The translations under genes were made by a program, and so were the position numbers. A stretch of 64,000 nucleotides of DNA from Candidatus Omnitrophota bacterium (lineage in GTDB: Bacteria > Omnitrophota > Gorgyraeia > Zapsychrales > JAKLDJ01): assembly GCA_022703585.1 (NCBI GenBank), contig JAKLDJ010000001.1:54891-118890 (forward strand), given 5' to 3'. The first letter of the stretch is position 1; every line of letters begins with the position of its first letter. This document shows positions 8,436 through 18,452 of this stretch, in pieces. The notes beneath the pieces are model-generated. The model was not told the origin of the DNA. It worked only from the letters and a program-made list of their open reading frames with translations, and ran no database searches.

Positions 8436-9647
8436 CTATTTGCCTCCTCTTTGACCTTCTCCCAGCCCGGGAGGCGACTTTCTCCAGGGATATCCCTGCG
8501 AGGCCTCTTTAAAGCCTAAATCAAAGAGTGCCTGCATTTCAATGGGATCAAAAAGTTCTTTCGCTTTAGACACATGAGTTGCCGGGATATAGGCAAGATT
8601 AAAATCACCCTTACCACCTTGAGCAAAAAAGTATAATTGATAAAGGTCGCCTATGCCCTGGGCATTGGCCATCGTGTCAACCGTACGCTCGGCGATCGCG
8701 GAAAGTTTATCGGAAACTTCTCGATAAATCGGTTCAACATAACCATTCCTTATGATATAAATTGCATACTTATTCACGGCGACATCAATACCTTTTTCTT
8801 TAAGGGCCTTGTCAAACCCCTGTAAGACATCATAAAGAAAAAATACTTGTTTGCTTATCCCGCCGTCAACATGCATTTCGTCATACATCTTATCATCAAC
8901 CTCCACGCTTAAATAGACCGGCGGAAAGGCAATGGGAATAGATGCTGATGCCAAAATAACTTTTCGAAACAACTTTAAGGCCTTGTCATCGCCGACAGAT
9001 GCTATTTTCCCCATATCCCAGATTACAAGCCGCTGAGCATCCAGATTAGTCGTCCCTACATAAAGCCGGCGACCCTTGTTGTATTCGAGGGCAATCTCTT
9101 TTAGCAATTTTGCGTCAAAATAGCGCTCGATAAGCCGCTCTAATGGCCGGGTGCTGGCAAATGAATTAATAACCGGGACACGTATTCGAACGATATCTTT
9201 TGTGGAATACCTTGTGTAGAATTCTTTTAAGCGATCGTCATATTTACTGCCCAAAAAGGCGAACGGCGCGATGATCGCTCCGGTGCTTATGCCGGTAACA
9301 ACCTTAAAAACCGGGCGTGTCCCTGATTGCGACCATCCGCTTAATAAACCCGCGCCATACGCACCATTCGCGGCTCCTCCTGAAATAGCCAGCATGGAAT
9401 AGGCCCGGCTGGTTTTGAAATTAAAAAAAGAAGGACTTTCTTTTTCTTCTTGTTCCAATAATCTAATAAAATCTTTCTTGAAGGGATCGCTCGGGCTGCC
9501 GCTGAACGCCCGGATATCCTGCATACCGAAAATCCGAACATTGTTTAATAAATCCGGGGGAGCCGCATGCCGCGTGCTGGCACAGCCGGAAATAAAAAAA
9601 ACGAATATACAAAAAAGATATACTCGTTTTTTTATCTCAAAAGACAT
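8436..9647 (-). CDS. Patatin-like phospholipase, lipoprotein
   Basis: Likely start MSFEIKKRVYLFCIFVFFISGCAS (lipobox), GxSxG (GISTG) nucleophile elbow, DGG catalytic Asp motif. The track ORF extends further 5' (to 9773). Confidence 0.75.
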   Translation of the reverse strand: MSFEIKKRVYLFCIFVFFISGCASTRHAAPPDLLNNVRIFGMQDIRAFSGSPSDPFKKDFIRLLEQEEKESPSFFNFKTSRAYSMLAISGGAANGAYGAGLLSGWSQSGTRPVFKVVTGISTGAIIAPFAFLGSKYDDRLKEFYTRYSTKDIVRIRVPVINSFASTRPLERLIERYFDAKLLKEIALEYNKGRRLYVGTTNLDAQRLVIWDMGKIASVGDDKALKLFRKVILASASIPIAFPPVYLSVEVDDKMYDEMHVDGGISKQVFFLYDVLQGFDKALKEKGIDVAVNKYAIYIIRNGYVEPIYREVSDKLSAIAERTVDTMANAQGIGDLYQLYFFAQGGKGDFNLAYIPATHVSKAKELFDPIEMQALFDLGFKEASQGYPWRKSPPGLGEGQRGGK

Positions 9648-9741
9648 GGGTATTAAATTCTTTTCAAGGATTTCTGGATCCTGGAGCAAGCCGCTATTTT
9701 GCTTAAATTCCTTCAGAGCTTTCCTGGGGATACCCCTCATC

Positions 9742-11151
9742 CTACAGCTCCCCATCTCCTCCGAGAACAGCAAAAAGCCTCACCTGATGGACCAGCCTGC
9801 TTAAATGCAAATACGTAAGGCTTTGTTGCGCGGCATAGAGAGACCGTTGTGCATCCCACACACTCAAATAGCCGTCAATCCCTTGATTGTAACGTTGCTG
9901 GGATAATTCATAGACTTTCTTCGCGGAATCAACAACCGCTTCTTGTGCCGCCAGTTGATCATCCACCGTGCCCAGAACAGCAAGCACATCCGCCACCTCC
10001 TTAAACGCTACCTGGATGGTCTTTTCGTACTGGGTCAGAGCAATTTCACGCGCGGCTTTACTGACCCTATACGCAGCCCAGGTGCGGGCATCAAAGATCG
10101 GCATGCTGGTCTGCGGAGAAAAGTTCCATGTGCTTGAACCGGCTTTGAATAAACCCGAAAGCTCACTGCTGGCAGTTCCAATCGCCGTGGTCAAGGAGAT
10201 CTGAGGGAAAAATGCTGCCCGAGCTGCTCCGATAAAGGCGTAAGCTGCCTTCAGGTCATGTTCTGCGGCTAAAATATCCGGCCGACGTAAAAGCACATCC
10301 GATGATAATCCCGGGGAAATATCTTTGGGCGGCGTCACACCTGTTAAGTCGGACGGCAGTAACTCTTCCGGAACAGGAGATCCTGCAAGGAGATTCAAGG
10401 CATTCTCGTCTTGAGCCACCCATTGTGTGTAACGGGCAATATCTCCTTTAGCCTTATCCACTTGAGATTTGGAACGGCGAAGATCAATTTCGGTAGCGAC
10501 GCCGTGGTCGTAGCGTAAACGAATCACATCATGAACACCCTGCTGTGCCTCGAGCGTGGATTGAGCGAGTTTGAGATTCTCGCGATCCGCAGCCAGCGTT
10601 AGATACACACGCCCCACTTCGCTGATCAATGCGTTCTGTGCGTTACGCTGCGCTTGTTCGGTGCTCAAGTATTCCTGCAGGGCCTGCTCCTTTAGGCTCC
10701 GGATGCGGCCAAAAAAATCAACCTCCCAGGCCGTGATTCCAAGGTCAACGCTGTATTGCTCCACCACCATCGTTTTTCCCGTTGTAGCAACATAGGCGCG
10801 CTGTTTGCTTCGAGCGCCGGTTGCGGATACGGAAGGAAACAGTTCCGCCCGTTGAACACCGTAAAGGGCGCGCGCTTGTTCCACATTCAACGCAGCAAGC
10901 CTCAAGTCCCGGTTGCACAGCAATGAGATTTCGATAACCTTCTGCAGTTTTTCATCCGGAAAAACATTTTGCCACTTAAGGCCTTCCGCAGAAAGGACTC
11001 CTTCGTGCGCAGACCGATCGTCTTTGTATGCCTCACCCGTCGGCAAGGTAGCCGGGACCGGCGACTGCGGGCGCGTATATTTCGGTATCATCGTGCAACC
11101 GCTCAGGAAAAGAATTGTTCCGGCAATCAAAATTATTTGTTTTCTGTTCAT
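9742..11151 (-). CDS. RND efflux outer membrane factor lipoprotein (NodT/OprM family)
   Basis: Signal plus lipobox LSGC, two-repeat OMF architecture, 4-bp overlap with the RND permease gene. Confidence 0.85.
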   Translation of the reverse strand: MNRKQIILIAGTILFLSGCTMIPKYTRPQSPVPATLPTGEAYKDDRSAHEGVLSAEGLKWQNVFPDEKLQKVIEISLLCNRDLRLAALNVEQARALYGVQRAELFPSVSATGARSKQRAYVATTGKTMVVEQYSVDLGITAWEVDFFGRIRSLKEQALQEYLSTEQAQRNAQNALISEVGRVYLTLAADRENLKLAQSTLEAQQGVHDVIRLRYDHGVATEIDLRRSKSQVDKAKGDIARYTQWVAQDENALNLLAGSPVPEELLPSDLTGVTPPKDISPGLSSDVLLRRPDILAAEHDLKAAYAFIGAARAAFFPQISLTTAIGTASSELSGLFKAGSSTWNFSPQTSMPIFDARTWAAYRVSKAAREIALTQYEKTIQVAFKEVADVLAVLGTVDDQLAAQEAVVDSAKKVYELSQQRYNQGIDGYLSVWDAQRSLYAAQQSLTYLHLSRLVHQVRLFAVLGGDGEL

Positions 11152-14100
11152 CGCGTTGAGATTCCTTCTGACGCGCTTGTTTTTGCATTCTTCTCTGCTC
11201 GAAGCGTCTTGCGCCTCGCAAAAGTCTTTTCGATCAAAACATAAAAAAGTGGCGCAAATAAAACCACAAACAGGGTTCCGGTAATCATGCCTCCTAAGAC
11301 CGACGTACCGATGGCTCTCATGGCTCCGGCTCCCGCACCCGTGCTGAGCGCCAGCGGCAAAACGCCGAATCCGAAAGCCAGCGAAGTCATGATGATGGGA
11401 CGAAACCGCAGCTTTGTTCCTTCCAGCGCAGACTCGACGAGCCCCGCCCCTCCCTCCACCTTGGCCTTGGCGAACTGAACAATCAGAATGGCATTCTTAG
11501 TGGTCAAACCCAGAGTTGTCAACAAGCCAATCTGGAAATAAACGTCATTAGGCAGGCCCCGTAATGTAGATGCAATAACACCACCTATAACACCCAAAGG
11601 CAAAACCAACAAAATGGCAATGGGAATAGGCCAGCTCTCGTAAAGAGCTGCGAGGCATAAGAAAATCACGAACACGGAGAATGCGTACAACAAAGGCGCC
11701 TGCGAACTTGACATCCGCTCCTGGTAAGAAAGTCCGGTCCAATCGAAACCCATGCCCTTAGGTAATTTTTCTACCGCCTCTTCCATAGCCTGCATCGCCT
11801 CACCTGAGCTTCTGCCCCGGGCAGCCTCACCCCAAATTTTGATTGTCGGAAATCCGTTGTAACGCGACAGCTGGGGAGGGCCGGAAATCCAACGGCCGGA
11901 GGCAAAGGAAGAAAATGGCACCATCATGCCCTGTGCATTGCGGACATAAAGATTTTCAAGATCTTTAGGCAACATGCGATAGGGGGCGTCCGCTTGAACG
12001 TACACCCGCTTGATCCTTCCGCCCTGCATAAAATCATTGACATAGGCGCTGCCAAAAGAAGCCGAGATGGTTCTGTGGATCGAGGTGATGGGAACCCCTA
12101 AAGCTCCGGCCTTGTCCCAGTCCACGTCGATACGATATTCGGGTACGTCTTCCATGCTGTTAGGCCGGACAGAAGTCACCCTCTTATCCTGAGCCGCTAT
12201 GCCGAGCAACTGATACTGGGCCTCCATCAGGGCTTGGTGGCCAAGACCACCCCGGTCCAACAACTGAAAATCAAAACCCTTGGCCATACCCAACTCTGTG
12301 ACAGCAGGCGGAGAAAAGACAAACACCATGGCATTACGAATTCCGGAAAGAGCTCCCATGGCCCGCATCGCAACAGCCTTAGCCTCCAAATCTTCCCTTT
12401 GGCGCAAGTCCCAGTCCTTGAGTTTGATAAACACCATGCCGTTATTTTGTCCTCTTCCGGAAAAACCGACGCCAGTAATAGCCATCACAGTTTCCGTCGC
12501 CTCTTTTTCATGTTCTTGAAAATAATCTGCGATCTGCTTCGAGACCTCGCCAGTCTGTTCTAATGTGGAACCCGTCGGCATAATGATCTGGGCAAGAAGA
12601 ACTCCCTGGTCTTCATCAGGGAGATAGGCGGTGGGCATGCGCAGATACAAAATCCCCAGGCAACCTATGATTACCAAGAAAACAGCCAGATAACGTTTTT
12701 TTCGAGAAAGAGAATGGCCGACCAGCCTCACGCACCCTTCGCGAAACCGGAAAAAGCTGCGGTCAAACCACAAGAAAAACGGACGTAAGAGTTTGTTCGC
12801 CCCTTCGGCGGCCTCATGGCCCTTGACCACGGGTTTAAGCATGTTCGCGCACAAGACCGGAGTCAGGATCAAAGCCACAACAACAGACAGCAACATGGAA
12901 GCAATGATGGTCACGGAGAACTGACGATAGATAACGCCGGTCGAGCCCGGAAAAAATGCCATGGGGCCAAACACCGCCGAGAGGACCAACCCGATCCCGA
13001 TCAGGGCGGGGGTGATCTGTTCCATGGATTTGGCTGTCGCTTCCGACGGAGAAAGGCCTTCCTCGCTCATGATACGCTCTACGTTCTCAACGACAACAAT
13101 AGCATCGTCAACCAGTAAGCCTATGGCCAGAACCATGGCAAACATGGTCAACATGTTAATGGAGTACCCAAAGAGCCCCAGCATGGCGAAGGTTCCCAAC
13201 AGAACAACCGGTACCGCGATCGTGGGGATAAGAGTGGCCCTCATGTTTCCCATAAAGATCCACATGACCAGAAAGACGAGAAAAATGGCTTCAAATAAAG
13301 TCTTGACCACTTCATCAATGGCTACCTTAATAAAAAGGGTGGAATCCATGGGGTAAACGACCTTCAATCCTTCGGGAAAGAACCGGCTCATTTCTGCCAT
13401 CTTGGCCTTGACAGCATCGGCCGTGTCCAAGGCGTTTGCGCCCGCGGCCTGACGAATAGCAAGGCCGCCGATAGGCTTGCCGTTGTAAGAAGTTATGATA
13501 TCGTATAACTCGGTTCCCAACTCGGTCCGACCGACATCGCGGATTCGCACAACAGAACCGTCCTGGTTAATACGGATTGGGATAGCGCCAAACTCTTCGG
13601 GGGATTGGAGCATGTTTTGAATAACAATCGAGGAGTTCAAGCGCTGACCTTTGACCGCAGGCCCGCCGCCGAACTGGCCAGCAGAAATTTCAACGTTATA
13701 GACCTTTAGTGCCTGGATCACATCTTCCACGGTCAGATTGTAATCCGTGAGCCTGTCAGGATTAAGCCAGACGCGCATGGCATAGCCCGAGCCGAAAATT
13801 TCCACCTCGCCGACACCCGGCACCCGCGAGATAACGCTCTCCAAATTGGTTTTGGTAAAGTCTATTAAATCTTTCATGTCCATACGGCCGCTTTCGGAAG
13901 TCAGGCCGACAATCAGCAAGTAGTTGTGAGTGGATTTTGTTACCTGGACCCCTCGGCTCTGGACCGTATCGGGAAGGCTCGACATGGCAAATTGGAGCTT
14001 GTTCTGCACTTGAGACCAGGCGAGATCGGGGTTGGTCCCCGGGTCAAATGTCAACTCGACGCGCGAACTACCTGACGAATCACTGGTGGCGGACATATAA

Positions 14101-14330
14101 AGCAGGTTATCAAAACCCGTCATCTTCTCTTCAATGACCTGCGTCACGCTGTTTTCCACGGTCTCGGCCGAAGCCCCGGGATAAAATGCAGAAATAGAGA
14201 TGGTCGGCGGAGCTATCGGCGGATACTGGGAAATAGGTAAGTTGTAAATTGCGAGCAAACCGGCCGCCATGATTATAATGGCGATAACCCAGGCGAAGAC
14301 CGGACGCTTCAAGAAAAATTTCGACAACAT
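11148..14330 (-). CDS. RND multidrug efflux permease (AcrB/MexB family)
   Basis: True start MLSKFFLKRPVFAWV, the canonical AcrB N-terminus. 12 TM segments and the large periplasmic loops typical of AcrB. The track ORF has a spurious 78-aa N-terminal extension. Confidence 0.9.
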   Translation of the reverse strand: MLSKFFLKRPVFAWVIAIIIMAAGLLAIYNLPISQYPPIAPPTISISAFYPGASAETVENSVTQVIEEKMTGFDNLLYMSATSDSSGSSRVELTFDPGTNPDLAWSQVQNKLQFAMSSLPDTVQSRGVQVTKSTHNYLLIVGLTSESGRMDMKDLIDFTKTNLESVISRVPGVGEVEIFGSGYAMRVWLNPDRLTDYNLTVEDVIQALKVYNVEISAGQFGGGPAVKGQRLNSSIVIQNMLQSPEEFGAIPIRINQDGSVVRIRDVGRTELGTELYDIITSYNGKPIGGLAIRQAAGANALDTADAVKAKMAEMSRFFPEGLKVVYPMDSTLFIKVAIDEVVKTLFEAIFLVFLVMWIFMGNMRATLIPTIAVPVVLLGTFAMLGLFGYSINMLTMFAMVLAIGLLVDDAIVVVENVERIMSEEGLSPSEATAKSMEQITPALIGIGLVLSAVFGPMAFFPGSTGVIYRQFSVTIIASMLLSVVVALILTPVLCANMLKPVVKGHEAAEGANKLLRPFFLWFDRSFFRFREGCVRLVGHSLSRKKRYLAVFLVIIGCLGILYLRMPTAYLPDEDQGVLLAQIIMPTGSTLEQTGEVSKQIADYFQEHEKEATETVMAITGVGFSGRGQNNGMVFIKLKDWDLRQREDLEAKAVAMRAMGALSGIRNAMVFVFSPPAVTELGMAKGFDFQLLDRGGLGHQALMEAQYQLLGIAAQDKRVTSVRPNSMEDVPEYRIDVDWDKAGALGVPITSIHRTISASFGSAYVNDFMQGGRIKRVYVQADAPYRMLPKDLENLYVRNAQGMMVPFSSFASGRWISGPPQLSRYNGFPTIKIWGEAARGRSSGEAMQAMEEAVEKLPKGMGFDWTGLSYQERMSSSQAPLLYAFSVFVIFLCLAALYESWPIPIAILLVLPLGVIGGVIASTLRGLPNDVYFQIGLLTTLGLTTKNAILIVQFAKAKVEGGAGLVESALEGTKLRFRPIIMTSLAFGFGVLPLALSTGAGAGAMRAIGTSVLGGMITGTLFVVLFAPLFYVLIEKTFARRKTLRAEKNAKTSASEGISTR

Positions 14331-14343
14331 ACTGCGCCTTTCG

Positions 14344-15540
14344 TTATTTCGTTTTTTGCTTTGGCTGATTTGGGTTAACGGCCTGATCCTTGTCCTTCGA
14401 ACCGGAATTGACTGGAGCAATAGCCACAGGAACACCGGGCCGCACACGCTGCAGCCCCTCGGTAATGACCCGGTCCCCGGCGGCAAGGCCCGACGAAACG
14501 AGCCACTTATTCCCGATAGCACGGTCGATGGCAAGCATCCGCATCGCTGCCTTTCCGGATTCATCCACTACCAAGGCAAAAGGCTCTCCCTTTTGATTTC
14601 GACCGACACATGACTGGATAACAAGGATACCGTCTTCAATAATACCTTCTTCTATCACGGCGCGAACGAACATGCCCGGCAAAAGCGCGCTGTCGGGATT
14701 AGGAACCACGACCCGAAGAATCACGGAACCGGTAGTCGGGTTTACCGTGACATCACGAAATTCCAACGTCCCTTGCTGTGGATACGGAGTCCCGTCTTCC
14801 CGAATAATGGCAACCTTGTTCTGGCTCTTGTTGTCAGAGCTGAATTTTCCGCCCTCCATCCGGCGTTGAAGTTTTAGCATTTCCGACGTCGACTGCGGGA
14901 CATCCACATAAATCGGATCCAGCTGCTGCACAGTAGCAAGCGGAACAGGCTGATAGGCTGTAACAATTGCTCCTTCGGTTACACTGGAACGGCCGATGCG
15001 CCCAGAAATCGGCGACTTGATTGGCGTGTAAGACAAATTAACCGCTGCTATTTCCAAAGCTGCTTTGCTGTATTCCAATTGGGCTTCTGCCTGGCGTAAT
15101 GCCGCCAGCGCATCATCATACTCCTGCTCTCCTATCGCACGGCTGGCGACAAGTTCTTTATAGCGCTCCTCCCTTGAGCGGGCAGCCGGTAAACTTGCTT
15201 CACTTAAAGCAACGGCTGCCTTAGCATGGTCGTAGGATGCCTGGTATTGGGTGGGGTCAACCTGGTACAACAAATCCCCTTCCTTGACTAAAGATCCTTC
15301 CTCGAAAGCCCGTTTCACAATAAGCCCGCTCACCTGGGGCCGGATATCCGCCACCCGATAGGCTGCTGTCCGGCCAGGAAGTTCTGTAGCCAGCACGACA
15401 CGTTCTGTCTGCACCGTAACAACACCCACTTCCGCTATTCCCCTCTGCGGCGCCCCCTGGGCACCGCGAGGAGAGCACCCAGCCAGCAAAAGACCAGCGA
15501 CAAGGGCCAGTATCCATTCTCTTTTCGGTAAATTTTTCAT
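14344..15540 (-). CDS. RND efflux periplasmic adaptor (membrane fusion protein, AcrA/MexA family)
   Basis: Lipoprotein signal LLAGCS, biotinyl/lipoyl-like and beta-barrel MFP regions. GGAAAGGA RBS before ATG at 15540. Confidence 0.85.
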   Translation of the reverse strand: MKNLPKREWILALVAGLLLAGCSPRGAQGAPQRGIAEVGVVTVQTERVVLATELPGRTAAYRVADIRPQVSGLIVKRAFEEGSLVKEGDLLYQVDPTQYQASYDHAKAAVALSEASLPAARSREERYKELVASRAIGEQEYDDALAALRQAEAQLEYSKAALEIAAVNLSYTPIKSPISGRIGRSSVTEGAIVTAYQPVPLATVQQLDPIYVDVPQSTSEMLKLQRRMEGGKFSSDNKSQNKVAIIREDGTPYPQQGTLEFRDVTVNPTTGSVILRVVVPNPDSALLPGMFVRAVIEEGIIEDGILVIQSCVGRNQKGEPFALVVDESGKAAMRMLAIDRAIGNKWLVSSGLAAGDRVITEGLQRVRPGVPVAIAPVNSGSKDKDQAVNPNQPKQKTK

Positions 15541-15651
15541 AACACAATATCCTTTCCACAATGCGCTTGTTCTAAAATGACCGATAAATTTTTATGCAAT
15601 CTGGAGCAAAGGCTGTTTGAGAAATCGCCCCCAGCTATTTTCTTGGCCAAC

Positions 15652-16344
15652 TTACTCATTTGCCCTGCCTCCTACTCCCAATCCTCTCCATAAAGCCTTT
15701 AGCTGACGCATATAGTGATATTCGCGGCTGTTACTCTTGCCAAATTTGATTGCCAACAATGTCCCGGTGATAATTGTCATTAGAGAAACAACGACATCAT
15801 CCGCTTTAGTTTTCGGAGGCAGTTCGCCGTTTTTTAGAGCTAAGGCGACACATTCTTTTAACCATTCGTCCAGAATGACCGACGGTGTTTCTTCGATGCC
15901 CTCGCAATTCGGAAAAGCCATCTTTTTTTCGAGAGCAGAGATATCTATTTTTTTGGGCCTCTCGCTGCGGACCAGTAGCACAGAAAAAATCTGATAAATC
16001 ACATTATTATTGTTTAATTCCAGCGACATCTGGCTTAGCACAGAATCAATCAAGGAAAGATATTTTCCCGCCGGAGCCTCTTTCTTGGCTTTCCAAATGA
16101 TCTTTAAAGTAGCCAAATGGAGGTAATAACCAACCACGTCAATCTTTTCGGGAAAATAATTAAAGAACGTTCCTTCGGCAACCTCAACCTCTTGGCATAC
16201 TTCTCTAATGGAGATATCGTCAAACCGATTATACTTTAGCCGCTCCATAAAGGCGTTCATCAAGCCGACCTTTGTCCGGGCGTACTTCTTTTCCCTCAGG
16301 GAATAGTCTTCATTCTGTATAACAATCTGATTTATAGTGTTCAC
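15652..16344 (-). CDS. TetR/AcrR family transcriptional regulator (likely efflux operon repressor)
   Basis: N-terminal HTH ISIREVCQEVEVAEGTFFNYFPEK, located immediately upstream of the RND operon. Confidence 0.8.
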   Translation of the reverse strand: MNTINQIVIQNEDYSLREKKYARTKVGLMNAFMERLKYNRFDDISIREVCQEVEVAEGTFFNYFPEKIDVVGYYLHLATLKIIWKAKKEAPAGKYLSLIDSVLSQMSLELNNNNVIYQIFSVLLVRSERPKKIDISALEKKMAFPNCEGIEETPSVILDEWLKECVALALKNGELPPKTKADDVVVSLMTIITGTLLAIKFGKSNSREYHYMRQLKALWRGLGVGGRANE

Positions 16345-16422
16345 AGTAAAAATGTAGCATGCTATAATTTTGATGTCAAGTTCATTATCGTTTATTTACG
16401 CTGACCTGCCCCCTTCTGGGGC

Positions 16423-16460
16423 ATAAAAATAGCGCTGATCCTCATTTAGAATCAGCGCTA
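16423..16460 (-). terminator. Terminator hairpin downstream of tRNA-His
   Basis: agcgctgat/atcagcgct stem plus T-tract on the minus strand. Confidence 0.45.
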
Positions 16461-16496
16461 TCCTTCCTTAGCCTCTCGCCAAGAGGGGCATATTAC

Positions 16497-16575
16497 TGGG
16501 GTGGGTGAGGGGATTTGAACCCCCGACCCCAAGATCCACAATCTTGTGCTCTAACCGAGCTGAGCTACACCCACC
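16497..16575 (-). tRNA. tRNA-His (GTG) with G-1 and encoded CCA
   Basis: Cloverleaf fits: acceptor gtgggtg/cacccac with extra 5' G, anticodon loop ttGTGga, T-loop ttcaaat, 3' CCA encoded. Confidence 0.85.
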
Positions 16576-16579
16576 ATTA

Positions 16580-16830
16580 GCCTTAAAGCTTTTGTTTAGA
16601 AGAAATGGTGAGGAGTCCCGGCATCCTTGATGCTGATTCCAGAAAAAAGCCGGGGCACCCACCAAATTACCTTAATGTACATCCAGAAAATTTGGTGGAG
16701 CCCCGACAACCTTAATGTTTATTCCAGAGAACGTCGGGGCACCCACCATCATCCTTAAATCTTTTATTCAGAAAAAATGGTGAGGAGTCCCGAGTGTTTT
16801 TTGCGAGGGACACCCACCACCTTTTATTTA
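16580..16830 (-). repeat. Three tandem ~85-bp hairpin repeat units that look like internally deleted tRNA-His copies
   Basis: Plus-strand units begin tggtgaggagtcccg(g) / tggtggagccccgac and end c(c)ggggcacccacca. The ends match the tRNA-His acceptor 5' and 3' ends (ggtgggtg... / ...cctcacc) and pair as long stems. Unit 2's loop is shared with a hairpin beside tRNA-Arg. Confidence 0.6.
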
Positions 16831-16843
16831 ATTCTATCAAAAT

Positions 16844-17935
16844 CTATTTTACCAAAGAACCTTGCACCTTTGTAGAATCTTTGTTCTCATTCGTCGGCGC
16901 CTGATTGAACACATTGCCCGAGAAAGAAATAGATTCGATCTTAAAATCATCCATTTTTGTCTTAAATTTAAAATCAATCACAATCTCTTTAGCGGCCGAT
17001 TGCAAACCTCCCAGAATAAGGTTTTCAACCGAAAAAGAAGAAAGCTCCTTATCTTTCTGCGCATTTAAAATAAAGTCTTTGGTAACAAGTTTTCCGCGAA
17101 CCGCCATGTCGTTACGGCGCGATTCCAAGTCGACCGAAAGATCAACAACAATATGTTGAAGGTCTGAGTTAAGAGACTCGCCGTAATACGGCGAGAACAC
17201 CTTCCCGTCTAAATCGCTGACCGTTAGCTTCGCCTGCATATCTTTCCTGGCAAAATCAACCCAACCGCGGCCCTCGATTTTCCCAGCTAATGAAGACGCA
17301 TCGGCCAGCACCAGAAAAGCCCTGCAATCAAACCGGGTTTTTCCGGGGCCTAAAGGAAAACCGGCATCCCGCAATCTAAAATCAATATTACGCAGCGTAA
17401 TCCGAAAGGGCGTGTTACCGATTGAATAATCGACAAAATCTACGGTACCGTTTCTTACAATAAGCCTTTCTGCCGAGAATCTTAAGGGAACTCTTGTGCC
17501 CTCTGTTTCTTGCCCCGGGCGGGAAACAGCATCGACGGGAGTTTGAGATGCCGGCCCGGAAGCGGATTGATTTTCAGCCCCGGGAAGACTGCCAAAAATA
17601 ACCCTGGAATCCTTGGTCCTTTGAATCGTCACTCTGGGCCGAGTCAAAACCAGATCGCCAAAGGCCAGGTGATTGCTTAAAAGATAAAACACCCCCAGAT
17701 TAGCGTAGACTTCATCCGCCTGCCCGTAACCGTCGACATTAAAATTCCTGAAACGAAGCCCTAAAGGAAACAAAACCTGTATCTGGCCGATATCAACTTT
17801 TTTCCCCAGAAGAGAAGAAAGCCTCGCAGTTATCGCCTGCTTGCCCTTGAACGCGACAAAAATAAAGGCACCGGAAAATATCAGCGTTGTCAGAATCAAC
17901 GCCGCGAGTAAAATTCTTAAAATAATTTTCTTCAT
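16844..17935 (-). CDS. AsmA/DUF748-like membrane-anchored protein
   Basis: Likely start MKKIILRILLAALIL (N-terminal TM) followed by a long beta-rich region. The track ORF extends 5' toward tRNA-Arg. Confidence 0.45.
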   Translation of the reverse strand: MKKIILRILLAALILTTLIFSGAFIFVAFKGKQAITARLSSLLGKKVDIGQIQVLFPLGLRFRNFNVDGYGQADEVYANLGVFYLLSNHLAFGDLVLTRPRVTIQRTKDSRVIFGSLPGAENQSASGPASQTPVDAVSRPGQETEGTRVPLRFSAERLIVRNGTVDFVDYSIGNTPFRITLRNIDFRLRDAGFPLGPGKTRFDCRAFLVLADASSLAGKIEGRGWVDFARKDMQAKLTVSDLDGKVFSPYYGESLNSDLQHIVVDLSVDLESRRNDMAVRGKLVTKDFILNAQKDKELSSFSVENLILGGLQSAAKEIVIDFKFKTKMDDFKIESISFSGNVFNQAPTNENKDSTKVQGSLVK

Positions 17936-18011
17936 GTTTAGGGGATGATTTTTATGAGGCATCCTGCGCCCCCGCCATTGTTTCAATGGCGGGGGCGCAG
18001 AAGAATTCACG

Positions 18012-18085
18012 CGTCCCTGGGCCGATTCGAACGGCCGACCCTTTGCTTAGAAGGCAAATGCTCTATCCACCTGAGCTACAGGGAC
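18012..18085 (-). tRNA. tRNA-Arg (TCT)
   Basis: Acceptor gtccctg/cagggac, D-arm gctcaggtggatagagc, anticodon loop ctTCTaa, T-loop ttcgaat. No encoded CCA. Confidence 0.85.
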
Positions 18086-18124
18086 GGACATCATTTACGC
18101 CTTTATTTAGCTAAGTCCGTCCCA

Positions 18125-18164
18125 GCCCCGACAACCTTTTTTGTCGTTCCAGAAAGGTCGGGGC
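18125..18164 (-). repeat. Palindromic element gccccgac...ttccagaaagg...gtcggggc, related to the tRNA-His-associated repeats
   Basis: Shares ccccgacaacctt...ttccaga...gtcggggca with repeat unit 2 at 16700-16745. Confidence 0.4.
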
Positions 18165-18342
18165 AGGGGCAGAAATTCTCAGCACAACATCCAGATAAAT
18201 CCGTTCCAGTCTCAGCATCCTCCTTAAACATTTTAGAAAAGCCGAGACAGGGACATGACAATCAAATTCTTAGAGATTTATTTTCCCGCAATTGACGAAG
18301 ATATTATATCAGGCAAGGTAAAATTGGCAAGAAGGTTATCAG

Positions 18343-18388
18343 GCAAAAAAGAGGGCGGCTCCCCCTTCCCAGGGGGAGCCGCCCTCTT
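18343..18388 (-). terminator. Strong rho-independent terminator after the 914-aa secreted protein gene
   Basis: 16-bp GC-rich stem agagggcggctccccc/gggggagccgccctct with T-tract on the minus strand. Confidence 0.65.
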
Positions 18389-18452
18389 TCCTGCACAGGC
18401 TGACAATCGAAAACAATTACTCCTCGTTGTTGCGCACAACCCTTCGTTCCCT

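Noticed and set aside
8231-8512. 93-aa plus-strand ORF
   Set aside because: Lies in the promoter/leader region of zinc-ribbon copy B and overlaps the patatin gene's 3' end antisense. No support.
14331-14564. N-terminal extension of the RND permease ORF (and similar 5' extensions on the patatin, CsgG-like, GspJ, FeoA and FeoC-like ORFs)
   Set aside because: Canonical family N-termini and signal peptides with good RBSs occur at internal start codons. The extensions are Arg/Cys-rich junk. The ORF track evidently also accepts TTG/GTG starts.
16580-16830. CRISPR array
   Set aside because: The units are long imperfect palindromes without constant repeats and variable spacers. No cas genes are nearby.
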